DNA of 64,000 bases from an uncultured Candidatus Saccharibacteria bacterium (GCA_964585475.1 CAZPDF010000002.1:1631-65630); one strand, 5' to 3'; shown: positions 26,508 through 36,892, numbered from the stretch's first letter. Notes: generated by a model not told the origin, from the letters alone. Made by a program: numbers and translations.

Positions 26508-28244
26508 CTAAAGCAGTTTATACCCCACCTCCTCCACTCCTTTCACCTCTTTCAGTTTCACCCTGGTTTTCTCAAGCTGGACGCGATTTTTAAAAGGGGC
26601 CTGGATTGATAAAACCGCCCAGGCCTGATTTTTGGTATCGGTAACCACTTTTTTTATATTTATTTTTTGCCGAGCGAGAACGTTGGTAACGTCCCTCAAA
26701 AGCCCCACACGATCTTTGATGGTGAGATTCAGTTCAACGGTTTCTCCGCCTCGTTTTTCAAACGTGTTCTCCTCCCGAAGTTTTTTCAAAACCGAAGACA
26801 CTTTTTTCCGCGCTTGCGCGCTTTTGACAAACCCAAGCCAGTCGCGGCTTGGCTTTTTATTTTTCTGCGTCAAAATTTCAACGACGTCCCCGTTTTTCAA
26901 TTGATGATCCAGCGCCGTCATTTTGCCATTTACTTTGGCTCCGGTGGCGCTGTTTCCTATGTCCGTATGAATATGGTAGGCAAAGTCCACTGGCGTTGCT
27001 CCTTCCGGCAGATCAAAGACATCGCCTTTTGGGGTAAGTACGAAAATACGGTTTTTGAAGAAATCAATTTTCAATGATTCAAGAAATTCGTCCGGCTTAT
27101 CAAATTCTTTCTGCCATTCGCGCAATTGCTCGATCCAAGCGTACTGTTTCCGGTTCACTAGGGCCTGCTTTTCTTCGGCGTATGAGGCGGTTTGAGTTCT
27201 TTTGAATTCGGAGTACGCCCAGTGCGCGGCAATGCCATATTCTGCTTCCTCGTGTATCTCATCCGTCCGCATCTGTATTTCCACCGGCCTTTCTTCCGGC
27301 CCAAAAACCGTCGTGTGGAGAGAGCGGTAGCCATTGGGTTTGGGCAGGGCAATATAGTCCTTGATTTTTCCCGGCATCGGGCGCCAGAGCTTGTGTACTA
27401 CACCCAGGGTCGCGTAGCAGTCCTCTACTGTCGGCACGATTACCCTAAGCGCCACGAGATCGGTGATTTTGGAAATATCCATATCGTATTTAAGGAGTTT
27501 TTTATACAAGCTGTAGTAGCGTTTGGCCCGCGCGTGAATATCGAGGAATTTTATTTTTTCTCGAGCCAGCTCCTCCGCGATAAAGGGCTTTATTTTTTTG
27601 ACGTATTGATCCCAATCCTCGTATTTCTCTTGGGCCGTGCGCATGATCCATTCGTGCTCCTTGGGATATACATAAGGGAACGCTAAATCCTCGAGTTTCC
27701 CGGATAGTTCTTGTATGCCCAGGCGGTACGCAAGAGGTGCGTAAATTTCAAGGGTTTCTAAAGCGATCCGCCGCTGTTTTTCCGGCGGCAGGTGACCCAA
27801 AGTTTCCATATTGTGGGTACGGTCTACGAGTTTAAGAAGCACAATCCGAATATCTTCGGCGATCGCAAGGAACATTTTTCTCAAGCTCTCGGCGGTTCTT
27901 TCCGTGCCTCTGTAGCGGATTTTGTCGAGTTTCGTCACGCCTTCAACCAAAAATGCGATTTCATCCCCAAAATTTTTCTTTATATCCGCAATCGTATATT
28001 CGGTATCTTCGCAAACATCATGAAGGAGGGCGGCGGCAATTGTCGGCGCATCAAGCCGCATCTCGGCAAGCCGCAGCGCCGTGGCCATGGGGTGCACGAT
28101 ATAGGGCTCGCCGGATTTTCGTTTTTGGCCTTCGTGGGCGTGGGACGCAAAATCATACGCTTTTTTGATAAGCGCTGAATCTTGGTCCGGCCGCGCCTGA
28201 ATTTTCATTTTTTCCAAAAGCGAATTGACGGTCATGATAGCCAT
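26508..28244 (-). CDS. relA: Bifunctional (p)ppGpp synthetase/hydrolase Rel (HD-SYNTH-TGS-ACT)
   Basis: RKSGEPYIVHP, LHDVCED, KDYIALPKPNGYRSLHT, EIQMRT, TPVDFAY; start 28244 or 28235. Confidence 0.95.
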   Translation of the reverse strand: MAIMTVNSLLEKMKIQARPDQDSALIKKAYDFASHAHEGQKRKSGEPYIVHPMATALRLAEMRLDAPTIAAALLHDVCEDTEYTIADIKKNFGDEIAFLVEGVTKLDKIRYRGTERTAESLRKMFLAIAEDIRIVLLKLVDRTHNMETLGHLPPEKQRRIALETLEIYAPLAYRLGIQELSGKLEDLAFPYVYPKEHEWIMRTAQEKYEDWDQYVKKIKPFIAEELAREKIKFLDIHARAKRYYSLYKKLLKYDMDISKITDLVALRVIVPTVEDCYATLGVVHKLWRPMPGKIKDYIALPKPNGYRSLHTTVFGPEERPVEIQMRTDEIHEEAEYGIAAHWAYSEFKRTQTASYAEEKQALVNRKQYAWIEQLREWQKEFDKPDEFLESLKIDFFKNRIFVLTPKGDVFDLPEGATPVDFAYHIHTDIGNSATGAKVNGKMTALDHQLKNGDVVEILTQKNKKPSRDWLGFVKSAQARKKVSSVLKKLREENTFEKRGGETVELNLTIKDRVGLLRDVTNVLARQKINIKKVVTDTKNQAWAVLSIQAPFKNRVQLEKTRVKLKEVKGVEEVGYKLL

Positions 28245-28283
28245 AGTGTATTCTAAAGAAGGTCCTTTTTCAAGGAGAAAATT

Positions 28284-28658
28284 ATGGTACTCAAGGGGGT
28301 ACTGCAGAAGCGTCCAACCGAAATCGCGGCAGAATGCATAGCTGTCATTCTTTCTGAGATCCCCATGAATTATGAATTTCATCAAGTTGTGCGCGAGCGC
28401 GCCAAAGACTTGATCAAGAGACGTTCTCAAAAATTAGGCGAAGGTCCACGGCTCTCAAATAGTGATCACGAAACTGCCGCACGCCTTGTGGCCGGAATGT
28501 CCATGTACTATATGTACGCATCAGAATGCGAAGCCGTGCTGGATGAAGTGTTTCTCAAGGCGCAACGGATCAAGGCGGAACTTGACTCAATTACCTCCAC
28601 GAGAGACCACCTTGAATGGCTTGAAGTAGCGGCAGATGTACGAGGAACTAAGAAATAA
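28284..28658 (+). CDS. Hypothetical protein divergent from rel
   Basis: AAGGAG SD; AGCGCCCCCTCGGGCGCT terminator. Confidence 0.65.
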   Translation: MVLKGVLQKRPTEIAAECIAVILSEIPMNYEFHQVVRERAKDLIKRRSQKLGEGPRLSNSDHETAARLVAGMSMYYMYASECEAVLDEVFLKAQRIKAELDSITSTRDHLEWLEVAADVRGTKK

Positions 28659-28749
28659 AGCGCCCCCTCGGGCGCTGTTTTTATTGATCCGAAAGAAAAC
28701 TAGTTTTCTGACTAGTTTTCTTTAGCAGGTTCCTCGTTTTTCTTTCTTG

Positions 28750-28896
28750 CCCCGCACCTTTGTCGCGAGATAATAATTTTGCAACACGCTTCGCGCGTCG
28801 AGGGATTGGCTATTCGCCACCGCGTGTTGCGGAAGTTATTTGAGTAGAGGGTTTATCGGACTAGCTCTTCCATCTCGTGGCGACAAAGGTGCGGGG
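28750..28896. mobile_element. CCCCGCAC-type MITE
   Basis: CCCCGCACCTTTGTCGC / GCGACAAAGGTGCGGGG; internal GCTTCGC..AGGGAT..GCTATTCGC motif. Confidence 0.8.
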
Positions 28897-28919
28897 CGCT
28901 GAAAGGACTAGCTAAACTT

Positions 28920-31028
28920 CTACGCATCTTTCGATGCTTGAAATTTAGAGTCCTTTCGCGGGTCAGTCCAACTGGCATAGTCACAGGCGGGATACCGGGA
29001 ACAGCCAAAAAATATTTTTTTGCGCCTAGTCCAGCGGACTATGACGTCTCCCTCCTTACATTTAGGGCACTTCATGCCGATTGTCTCAGGGACGCTGTTT
29101 TTCAGGGTCTTGGTAGTTTTACACTCGGGGAAGCCGGAGCAGGCGAGAAACTTTCCGAAGCGGCCCAGACGCACCACCATGGGTTTCCCGCATTTTTCGC
29201 AGACCTCCTCGGTTGTTTCGGCGACAGCATGTTTTTTAACGGTGGTGTATTTTTCAGTAAGGCGCCGCGCAAAGGGATCATAAAATTCGCGGACCACCGG
29301 CTGCCAGCCGATTTTCCCCTCGGCAATTTCATCGAGTTCATCCTCCATACGCGCGGTAAATTGGATATCCACGATTTCCGGGAAATGCTCAACTAAGAGG
29401 TCGTTAACCAAGACGCCGGTTTCGGTGGGTTTAAGCAGCCGCCTCTCGATTCTCTCGACATATCCGCGATCCTGCACGGTGGATATTATGGGCGCGTAAG
29501 TTGAGGGCCGCCCGATGCCATATTTTTCAAGGGTTTTGATAAGCGTTGCCTCGGAATATCTTGGTGGGGGTTCGGTGAAATGCTGAAGGGGCTTCAGTTC
29601 CATAAGCTCTAATTTGTCTTGTGGCTTAAGATCAGGCAGGGCCATTTCCGTGAATTTAAGCGGATAAACTTTTAAGAAACCGTCGAATTTCATAATTTGT
29701 CCGGTCGCGCGGAAAGTATGGGTTTTGTCTTTCGTTGCGGCAGCGATATCCACGGCCGTCATGTCGAATATTGCTTCGGGCATCTGGGTCGCTACGAAGC
29801 GCCGCCAGACAAGTTCGTATAGTTTAAATTGGCGTCTCTCTAAAAATTGTTGTACGGATTCCGGGGTTCGCCAGGGATCGGTCGGGCGGATGGCCTCATG
29901 CGCTTCTTGGGCTCTCGCTGTTTTGGTTTTAAAACGGCGGGGCGAGGCAAGAGAATAATTCTTACCAAGCTCTTTTGTTAAAAAAGCGCCGGCTTCTTTA
30001 AGCGAATCCTCGCTTAGATTAACCGAATCGGTTCGCATATAAGTGATGAGTCCAACCGGGCCCTCGCCTAGTTCGACTCCTTCGTAGAGCTGCTGTGCCA
30101 GTACCATGGTTTGTTTGGCTGAGAAACCAAGCCGTTTAAAAGATTCTTGCTGAAGAGTAGAGGTGGTGAAAGGCGGAAGCGGTTTTTTCGCTTGAGCCCG
30201 CTTTTCTACGCGTTCCACGGCCCAGGAGGCGCCGTTAAGTTCTCGAACGATTTTGTCGGCATCGGCCTGCGAAGCTATGCCAAATTTCTCGATGGTATTG
30301 CTGGCGATTTTCACAAGAAGTGCTTCAAATTTTTGTTCATTTTCGTCGCGCGGTTTGAGAAGGGCCGAGATGGTCCAATATTCCTGCGAGTTGAAATTTT
30401 GTATTTCTCGTTCGCGTTCTACAATTAGTCGCACTGCGACCGATTGTACGCGTCCGGCAGAGAGCCCTCGGTATACTTTTTTCCAAAGAAATGGGGAAAG
30501 TTTGTAGCCGACCAAGCGGTCAAGGACCCTGCGTGCCTGCTGGGCGTCCACCCGCTTCATATCAATATCGCGCGGGTTTTTAAGCGCCTCATCAATCGCA
30601 CGTTTAGTAATTTCGTGAAAAACAATCCTTTCTATCGCGGCTTTCGGCTTTCGGCTTTCGGCTTTCGGCTTTTTTGAATTTTCTCCTTTTTGTTGGGAGT
30701 TGGGAGCTGGGAGTTGGGAGCTATCGTTCAGGCCCAGGGCCTGAACGAGATGCCACGCTATGGCTTCTCCCTCGCGATCCTCGTCAGTTGCGAGTATAAT
30801 TTTTTCCGCATGCGCGCTCTCCTTCTTTAGTTTTTTCACCACCGCGGTTGATTTTTTGGGAATCACGTACTGCGGCTCGAAATTGTTCTCTACATCCACC
30901 CCAAGTTTGGATCCAGGCAGGTCGCGGATATGGCCGAAAGAGGACTCCACTACAAAATCGCTCCCGAGGAAGCGGGAGATGGTTCTTGCCTTGGTGGGGC
31001 TTTCCACGATGACTAAGTTTTTGGCCAT
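28920..31028 (-). CDS. topA: DNA topoisomerase I
   Basis: LVIVESPTK, ATDEDREGEAI, SAGRVQS, ITYMRTDS, C-terminal Zn ribbons. Confidence 0.98.
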   Translation of the reverse strand: MAKNLVIVESPTKARTISRFLGSDFVVESSFGHIRDLPGSKLGVDVENNFEPQYVIPKKSTAVVKKLKKESAHAEKIILATDEDREGEAIAWHLVQALGLNDSSQLPAPNSQQKGENSKKPKAESRKPKAAIERIVFHEITKRAIDEALKNPRDIDMKRVDAQQARRVLDRLVGYKLSPFLWKKVYRGLSAGRVQSVAVRLIVEREREIQNFNSQEYWTISALLKPRDENEQKFEALLVKIASNTIEKFGIASQADADKIVRELNGASWAVERVEKRAQAKKPLPPFTTSTLQQESFKRLGFSAKQTMVLAQQLYEGVELGEGPVGLITYMRTDSVNLSEDSLKEAGAFLTKELGKNYSLASPRRFKTKTARAQEAHEAIRPTDPWRTPESVQQFLERRQFKLYELVWRRFVATQMPEAIFDMTAVDIAAATKDKTHTFRATGQIMKFDGFLKVYPLKFTEMALPDLKPQDKLELMELKPLQHFTEPPPRYSEATLIKTLEKYGIGRPSTYAPIISTVQDRGYVERIERRLLKPTETGVLVNDLLVEHFPEIVDIQFTARMEDELDEIAEGKIGWQPVVREFYDPFARRLTEKYTTVKKHAVAETTEEVCEKCGKPMVVRLGRFGKFLACSGFPECKTTKTLKNSVPETIGMKCPKCKEGDVIVRWTRRKKIFFGCSRYPACDYASWTDPRKDSKFQASKDA

Positions 31029-31076
31029 TTAGTATTGGATGCGAATTTCTACTAATAATGCAAATCTACGAATATG

Positions 31077-31463
31077 CTAATTTTGTTCTTTAGCATTAGA
31101 GTTTATTACTCTTTTGGGTTTAAGTCTACGCTCGCGAAAGTTTATTAGAATACCCAATTTTAAACCGGTTGTTTGTAAATAACGTTTAAGTTGATAATAA
31201 TCATCTTTTGTTAAATAGTGCCTTGTTTTCAGTTCCAGAATTATTTTGTTGTCTATGAGGAAATCAGCGTAACTTATTCCTCCGAGCTTCCTATTTTTGA
31301 ATTCCAGTTCTATAGGATATTCGCGTTTGAAGGGGATCCTAGATTCTTTTAAGAGCGTTTCTAACGCATCGCCATACTGTTTTTCGTTAAGCAGTCTCCC
31401 CAGTTGGTTGTGTGCTTCGTAACACATCCCGCAAATTTTATAAGAAAGTTCCGGATAGATCAA
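31077..31463 (-). CDS. GxxExxY-family PD-(D/E)XK-like protein
   Basis: ELSYKICG..EAHNQLG..EKQY, ADFLIDNKIILELK, QLKRYL, GILINF; flanked by short tandem repeats. Confidence 0.85.
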   Translation of the reverse strand: MIYPELSYKICGMCYEAHNQLGRLLNEKQYGDALETLLKESRIPFKREYPIELEFKNRKLGGISYADFLIDNKIILELKTRHYLTKDDYYQLKRYLQTTGLKLGILINFRERRLKPKRVINSNAKEQN

Positions 31464-31525
31464 TTTTTGTACGGTGATTTGCCTATTTGTAGATCTGCAT
31501 GATTCGCATTAGTATTTGCATCCAA

Positions 31526-32614
31526 TTATATTCTTTGGTAAACGTTTCCTCCCAAGTTTCTTACCCTATTTTTAAGCTCAAGCATGGAGAGTGAAGCCAT
31601 GATGACCGGAACCGCATATCCAGTTTTTTCTTTTAGGGCATCAATACCCAAGGGACTCTCCAAAATTTCAAGGAGAGTTTTTTCTTCTTCGCTTGCCATA
31701 GAATCGCGTTCTTCACTCTCCTTAGTAGTATACTCGATTCCTAGTTCCTCCAAAATGTCTTCGGCCGTTCGAACGAGTTTTGCTCCCTGCTGGATAAGTA
31801 GCATAGGACCGGCCGAGGTCGGCGAAAATATCGAACCCGGCACCGCAAAAACTTCTCGATTTTGTTCCAAGGCAAAGCGTGCAGTAATAAGCGCACCGGA
31901 TTTTTCGCGGGCTTCCACCACCACTACTCCCAGCGCGAGGCCGGAAATGATGCGGTTTCGCTGAGGGAAGTGGTCTTTCAAGGCCGGGGTGCCGGGCGAA
32001 TATTCCCCTATAATTGCTCCGCCAGTATCAACAATGCGGCGCGCAAGACCCCGATTTTCCGGCGGGAATATGGAATTTGGGTCAAGCCCGGATCCTAAAA
32101 CCGCAACGGTTAAGCCCTTGGTTTCGATGGCCGCTTCGTGCGCGCGCGCATCAATGCCGGTAGCAAGCCCGCTAATAATACTAAAACCGGCTTGAGTCAG
32201 GGCATAAGACAGCGCTTCGGCGACTTCCAAGCCGTAGTTCGTCGGCCTTCTGGTTCCGACGATTGCGATCGAAAGATTTCTCGCCAGGATTTTCGGCTCT
32301 CCGCGGCCGTAAAGAATTACGGGAGAAGCGTGAATTTCGCGCAGGCGTTCGGGATAGGCAGGGTCCTCTTCCGTGATCACCCACATATTTTCGCGGATTA
32401 GTTTTTCGAGTTCCTTGTCTGGATGGAGCGAGGGTCTTTTCCAGAGAATCGCCTGGATGGCGCGCGGATCAAGGCACGCCTCGACAAAAGCCGACTCTCC
32501 CGCGCGCCACGCCTCCTCATATGCCGCAAAATGTTTTTTTAACGCGCGTAAAGAGGCCGGTCCGATGCCGGGAATGGAATTGAATGCATGCAAAAACTTT
32601 AAGTCACTACTCAT
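31526..32614 (-). CDS. dprA: DNA processing protein DprA
   Basis: AIVGTR, SGLATGID, FPQRNRIISGL, SGALITA, VFAVPG. Confidence 0.96.
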   Translation of the reverse strand: MSSDLKFLHAFNSIPGIGPASLRALKKHFAAYEEAWRAGESAFVEACLDPRAIQAILWKRPSLHPDKELEKLIRENMWVITEEDPAYPERLREIHASPVILYGRGEPKILARNLSIAIVGTRRPTNYGLEVAEALSYALTQAGFSIISGLATGIDARAHEAAIETKGLTVAVLGSGLDPNSIFPPENRGLARRIVDTGGAIIGEYSPGTPALKDHFPQRNRIISGLALGVVVVEAREKSGALITARFALEQNREVFAVPGSIFSPTSAGPMLLIQQGAKLVRTAEDILEELGIEYTTKESEERDSMASEEEKTLLEILESPLGIDALKEKTGYAVPVIMASLSMLELKNRVRNLGGNVYQRI

Positions 32615-32689
32615 TAGTATCTCACCCTACTACATTTTATTTTTTTCGGCAAACATGCTAGGGTAATTCAAAAGCAACACGGGGGATCA

Positions 32690-33214
32690 ATGCGAACCAC
32701 CGGTGCGGTCTCCGCAGTTCTTTTACTGGTCGTCCTCCTTGGCGGATGTGCTCAAGCGACTTATATGGTATATATCCCGTCTGCTTCTACGCTTTCCCGC
32801 ATTCATCCGTTGGGTATGACGGTCTATGATTCAGGCGGTCTGCCCCTAAGAGAGCACGAGTGGCCATCTCTTTTTTCGGTCATGGATGACGCCTACACTT
32901 CATTACGGGAGTGTATTGGCACGGGAGACGAAAGTATCTGGGAGGAGGTTCGCCGGGTTCCGATTGTTATTGTCCCCGCGGCGCGTTCCTCTCCTGAAGA
33001 ATTTCCTGAAGAGGCCGGGATTATGTTTTACCGCTGGCGCCATCAGGAGCGCTGGCGCTTCGGCCCCCTGCTGATATTGGTTCGTGGCTCGGCCATTGCC
33101 GCTCCCTCCTTTCGGGCCGAATGGATTCACGCTTTTCTTTATTTTTCCGGAGAGGGTCATAAGGCCAACTTTCTTCTCCACCAAAGTCCCTTATTTAAGA
33201 AGTGTGAATATTAG
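32690..33214 (+). CDS. Lipoprotein, zincin-like (AEWIH variant)
   Basis: Lipobox LGGC; paralog of the next gene. Confidence 0.7.
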   Translation: MRTTGAVSAVLLLVVLLGGCAQATYMVYIPSASTLSRIHPLGMTVYDSGGLPLREHEWPSLFSVMDDAYTSLRECIGTGDESIWEEVRRVPIVIVPAARSSPEEFPEEAGIMFYRWRHQERWRFGPLLILVRGSAIAAPSFRAEWIHAFLYFSGEGHKANFLLHQSPLFKKCEY

Positions 33215-33312
33215 CCATATTTCCCTAGATAGTACGCGGCAGCAATGCCGCTTTTTGATTTCTTGGGCAAATGTATTAAGGTGATCTTATCATTGCGAAA
33301 GAGGCGTAAGAA

Positions 33313-33804
33313 GTGAGACCACGATTGTTACCTGTGGCTATTGTTCTTTCCATGGCCCTTTCCGGATGCGGCCTTCAGCACTTCTTGCGAGCGCCAAATC
33401 CTGCGGTCCCGCATCGCCAGCATCCTTTAGGCATGCTGGTGTATGATGAGGCCGAAAAGGTTGTCGAAGAAACGGAGTGGGCTTGGCGATTTGGGATTAT
33501 TGGTGATGCCTACTCAACGTTCAAGGCATGCATCAACCCGGAAGACCCGGAGATAGACAGAGCATTGAGAAATGTTCCTATTATCATCTTGCCGCCGGAG
33601 CCCATAATAATTTTGGGGCAAGATACGCATGCATTTACGAATCTGCGTACAATGTTCCTTCGCTCCGATTTTTTTCACAGGCCGGAATTGCGGCACGAGT
33701 GGATACATATATATCTTTTTGTAACCGGTAAAAGATTTTTGGGAGATCTACTGCATCGCGACCAGCGCTTTAAGTCGTGTTGGCGCATACCCGATAATGA
33801 TTAG
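33313..33804 (+). CDS. Lipoprotein, zincin-like (HEWIH)
   Basis: Lipobox LSGC; HPLGM.VYD and RHEWIH..L...H. Confidence 0.7.
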   Translation: MRPRLLPVAIVLSMALSGCGLQHFLRAPNPAVPHRQHPLGMLVYDEAEKVVEETEWAWRFGIIGDAYSTFKACINPEDPEIDRALRNVPIIILPPEPIIILGQDTHAFTNLRTMFLRSDFFHRPELRHEWIHIYLFVTGKRFLGDLLHRDQRFKSCWRIPDND

Positions 33805-33861
33805 TTTCCTGCGGCAGCAATGCCGCTTTTTTGTTTGACTCTGCACTAGGCGTCTGTTAGT

Positions 33862-34770
33862 ATGAGCGCGGTTCTTAATAATAAAGGCGGGATGATGGAC
33901 GGAAAGATCTTTTTAGCAACGCTTTCATTGGGCCTTTTTGCTTTAGCGTGTAGCGGCATCGGTGTTTCGCGGCAGGCCTTGGTCGAGGGAGCAAGGTTAT
34001 TTGATGGAGAATTTATAGTTGCCGCAGACGGCATTTATACTTTTGCTCATTACTATTCTCACCCCGAAAATGGGCGGAAGGTGATTATGGTAGGCATGAA
34101 TCATGGAGGCGATAAAGAATATTTTGCTGCAATAGAAAATATTCTTCGGGGCACGGAGGTCGTGTTATTTGAGGGATCTATATCAAAAAAGATTGACGAG
34201 GAAGCAAAGAAGAAGGACGCCGAAAAGATTAAAAGCGATAATGCCCATGAGGCGTTTCTTGTTTCTATTGCAACCTACTTCTGGGAAGCTCCGAGGTATC
34301 TTGAGCTTCTTCGAGAGTCGCAGGCCATTAATCATCGAAGGGAAAATTGGTTTGTAGGCGATGCCGAATTTTTTAGAAAGTTTCGGGATAAAGAGTCTCT
34401 GCGTATAATGAATGAGAAATTCGAGCGCCACTTCGAAGCGTATCCACTGGAACGGAAGATAAAGATAGTAGAATATCTAAGGGGTGCGCTCGCAAAGATC
34501 GAGCAGAAAACGTTTACGCGAAGGGACTTCGGAGAATCATTTGTCGTGCTTTGGTCCGACCCCAGCTTTGTTGAATTGATTCTCGGAATTCTTGGCGCTC
34601 CCAGAGACGAGATGGTTTTTAAAACCTTTGACCAACTGATTCACGAGAAAAATCCGCAGACGATTGGTATTAAATTCGGTGCCGGACACATGTCGAATCA
34701 AAGGAGATTGCTTGAGCAGCGCGGATACATTCATCAATTCTCGACCCCGCTGAGAAACCTAAAATTTTAA
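33862..34770 (+). CDS. TraB/TIKI-like lipoprotein
   Basis: Lipobox ALAC; VGMNH..VLFEG..PRD..FGAGHM. Confidence 0.55.
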   Translation: MSAVLNNKGGMMDGKIFLATLSLGLFALACSGIGVSRQALVEGARLFDGEFIVAADGIYTFAHYYSHPENGRKVIMVGMNHGGDKEYFAAIENILRGTEVVLFEGSISKKIDEEAKKKDAEKIKSDNAHEAFLVSIATYFWEAPRYLELLRESQAINHRRENWFVGDAEFFRKFRDKESLRIMNEKFERHFEAYPLERKIKIVEYLRGALAKIEQKTFTRRDFGESFVVLWSDPSFVELILGILGAPRDEMVFKTFDQLIHEKNPQTIGIKFGAGHMSNQRRLLEQRGYIHQFSTPLRNLKF

Positions 34771-34857
34771 CCCGCATCCTGCGGGTTTTTTAAATTGACA
34801 GATGGGCTGTTGTATGCAACGGATACGTTAGTTTCATTCACAAATGAGCGTGGCAGC

Positions 34858-36060
34858 ATGGCAGAATCGGTAAGGTATCTAGCGTTCCTAGTTGCAACTT
34901 ATTATTTTCTGCAAGCCATGGGCGGGAATCCCGGACTACACGTGCAGGCCCTGCAGAAATTCGTGAAAGAAGTTTGGCAATTCAGTCCGGCGCAGGCAGC
35001 AGCCTTTAATGCTTTTCTGGTAATCCCGTGGATGATAAAGCCGCTCTACGGGCTCGTTTCCGATTTCCTCCCCATTTTAGGTTCGCGGCGGAAGAGTTAT
35101 TTCATCCTGATGGGATTAATTGCCGGAAGTTTTTATTTTCTTCTCGATGTGCTGGGGACTTCAAAGGAAGCGGTGTCGTGGCTTCTATTTAATGCCGCTT
35201 TGGCAATTGCCTTCTCGGACGTGCTTTGCGATGCGGTTATGGTGGAGAAAGGGCAGCCGTTAAACGCCACCGATCGCCTGCAGTCCTGGCAGTGGTTTGC
35301 TCTTGGGTCGGCGGGGGTTATCATTGCTTTCTCTAAAGGGTACGTTGCCGAGTATCTGCCGCTTGGGCAGGCCGTTCGTCTTTCCATGCTCGCGCCGCTA
35401 TTCATGGTAGTTTTTTCCGCGGTAGCGCTGAAGGAAGAGCGCCGTTCCTCGTCCGGGGAAGCGGCTCGCCAGGCCTGGCAGGGGCTCAAGAAGGCAATCC
35501 GCCTGAAATCGCTCTGGGGCGCCGCGGTATTCATTTTTCTTTTTAACTGTAGCCCGAGTCTTGGCACCGTGCTTTACTACTATGAGAAAGATTTCTTGAA
35601 GTTTTCTGACGTTCTCATCGGCCATATTGACACCGCGGGCAGTATTGGATTTATTGCGGGGACGGCGCTTTTCGGACTGGCCGCGAAGCGTTTCAGCCAC
35701 GAAGTATTGATTAGGGTCATTATCGTAAGCGGCATCCTCTCTACTCTGGCCTATCTTTTATTCCAGGGAGCAGCAAGCGGCTTTTTGGTGAGCGGCATAG
35801 CATCCATTATTGGTGTTGCTGCGTTTCTTGGTCCGTTAACACTCGCGGCCAAAGTGTGTCCCAAATACGCCGAAGGTACGGTTTTTGCTCTTCTTATGTC
35901 CGTGGCGAATTTTGGCATGCAGGCGGGGCAAATTATCGGGGGGAAGCTTTATGAAAACATCGGTTACTCATGGCTCGTCGTAATTTCCGCCGCCTTTACC
36001 GCGCTCATGTGGTTTTTCCTGCCGCTGGTGCGGGAACGGCAATCAAACAAGAACGCTTGA
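34858..36060 (+). CDS. MFS transporter, BT1/folate-biopterin-like
   Basis: PWMIKPLYGLVSDFLPILGSRRKSY, SDVLCDA, CP..AEGTVFALLMS. Confidence 0.85.
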   Translation: MAESVRYLAFLVATYYFLQAMGGNPGLHVQALQKFVKEVWQFSPAQAAAFNAFLVIPWMIKPLYGLVSDFLPILGSRRKSYFILMGLIAGSFYFLLDVLGTSKEAVSWLLFNAALAIAFSDVLCDAVMVEKGQPLNATDRLQSWQWFALGSAGVIIAFSKGYVAEYLPLGQAVRLSMLAPLFMVVFSAVALKEERRSSSGEAARQAWQGLKKAIRLKSLWGAAVFIFLFNCSPSLGTVLYYYEKDFLKFSDVLIGHIDTAGSIGFIAGTALFGLAAKRFSHEVLIRVIIVSGILSTLAYLLFQGAASGFLVSGIASIIGVAAFLGPLTLAAKVCPKYAEGTVFALLMSVANFGMQAGQIIGGKLYENIGYSWLVVISAAFTALMWFFLPLVRERQSNKNA

Positions 36061-36139
36061 TCTACAGGTGTTCTTTTCTTTTTGCCGCGGGCATGATAGT
36101 ATATTTACGGATCTTAAAAGGCATATAGGAGTTTGCGCT

Positions 36140-36892
36140 ATGCACGGTCTTATGAGGATTTTAGGCATTGCGGCGTTGTTTTTTATCGTGGCCTGCGGCA
36201 GATCGGATGCGCCTGCGCCATCTGAAATAAGGCCTTCAAGGCCGCCGATTCCGTCGCCCGGCGCGCCCTCTCCGGTCAAAGGAGAAGGAACGATTGTCGG
36301 CGAGGTTCTTTTCAAAGGAGTTCCGCCCGCACCCAAAAGAATCGTGGTGAATAAAGACAAGGAGGCGTGCGGCGATTATCAGGATAGTGAAGAGCTGGTC
36401 GTCGGACCAAATAAGGGCGTGCGATGGGCAGTAGTTTCTTTGGATTCGAGTCCCGTCGATATGCGTTGGGAAGGCACTACCCTTGATCAGCAGGGATGCC
36501 GTTTTTCGCCGCATGTTCGCCTAATTCCTGCGGGGAGTAAACTTATGGTGCTTAACCCCGACGGCGTTTTGCATAACTTCCACTCTCAATCCTCGGTAAA
36601 CCCATCGGTTAATAAGGCCCAGCCCAAGTTTAAGAAAACGATGGAGGTATCGTTTGAGAAGCCCGAAATTTTCAGGATTTCCTGTGATGCTCACGGATGG
36701 ATGAGGGGATGGATTGCGGTAATTGATCATCCCTGGCATGCGGTAACCGACGAGAAGGGCGGATTCAAATTCGAAAATGTGCCTGCGGGCAAGCGGGTGT
36801 TCCGCATCTGGCACGAGGGAGTTGCGCGAGGTGCCGTCGAAGTTGAAGTTAGGTTCGGTGAAACCACCAAAGTTTCTTTTGAGCTAAAGTGA
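36140..36892 (+). CDS. Lipoprotein with cupredoxin-like and carboxypeptidase-regulatory-like domains
   Basis: Lipobox IVAC; DQQGCRFSPHV, HNFH, CDAHGWM, VTDEKGGF, IWHE. Confidence 0.8.
   Translation: MHGLMRILGIAALFFIVACGRSDAPAPSEIRPSRPPIPSPGAPSPVKGEGTIVGEVLFKGVPPAPKRIVVNKDKEACGDYQDSEELVVGPNKGVRWAVVSLDSSPVDMRWEGTTLDQQGCRFSPHVRLIPAGSKLMVLNPDGVLHNFHSQSSVNPSVNKAQPKFKKTMEVSFEKPEIFRISCDAHGWMRGWIAVIDHPWHAVTDEKGGFKFENVPAGKRVFRIWHEGVARGAVEVEVRFGETTKVSFELK

Noticed and set aside
28245-28430. N-terminal extensions of ORF-track calls (rel, also tatD, leuS, parA, pth, nrdJ)
   Set aside because: They run through a divergent gene, tRNA, promoter or MITE; family-typical starts lie downstream.
28710-28749. 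Possible relic topA tail (RKKNEEPAKEN* on the minus strand) beyond the MITE
   Set aside because: Only two residues match the native PRK, and the region overlaps a hairpin; too weak to count.
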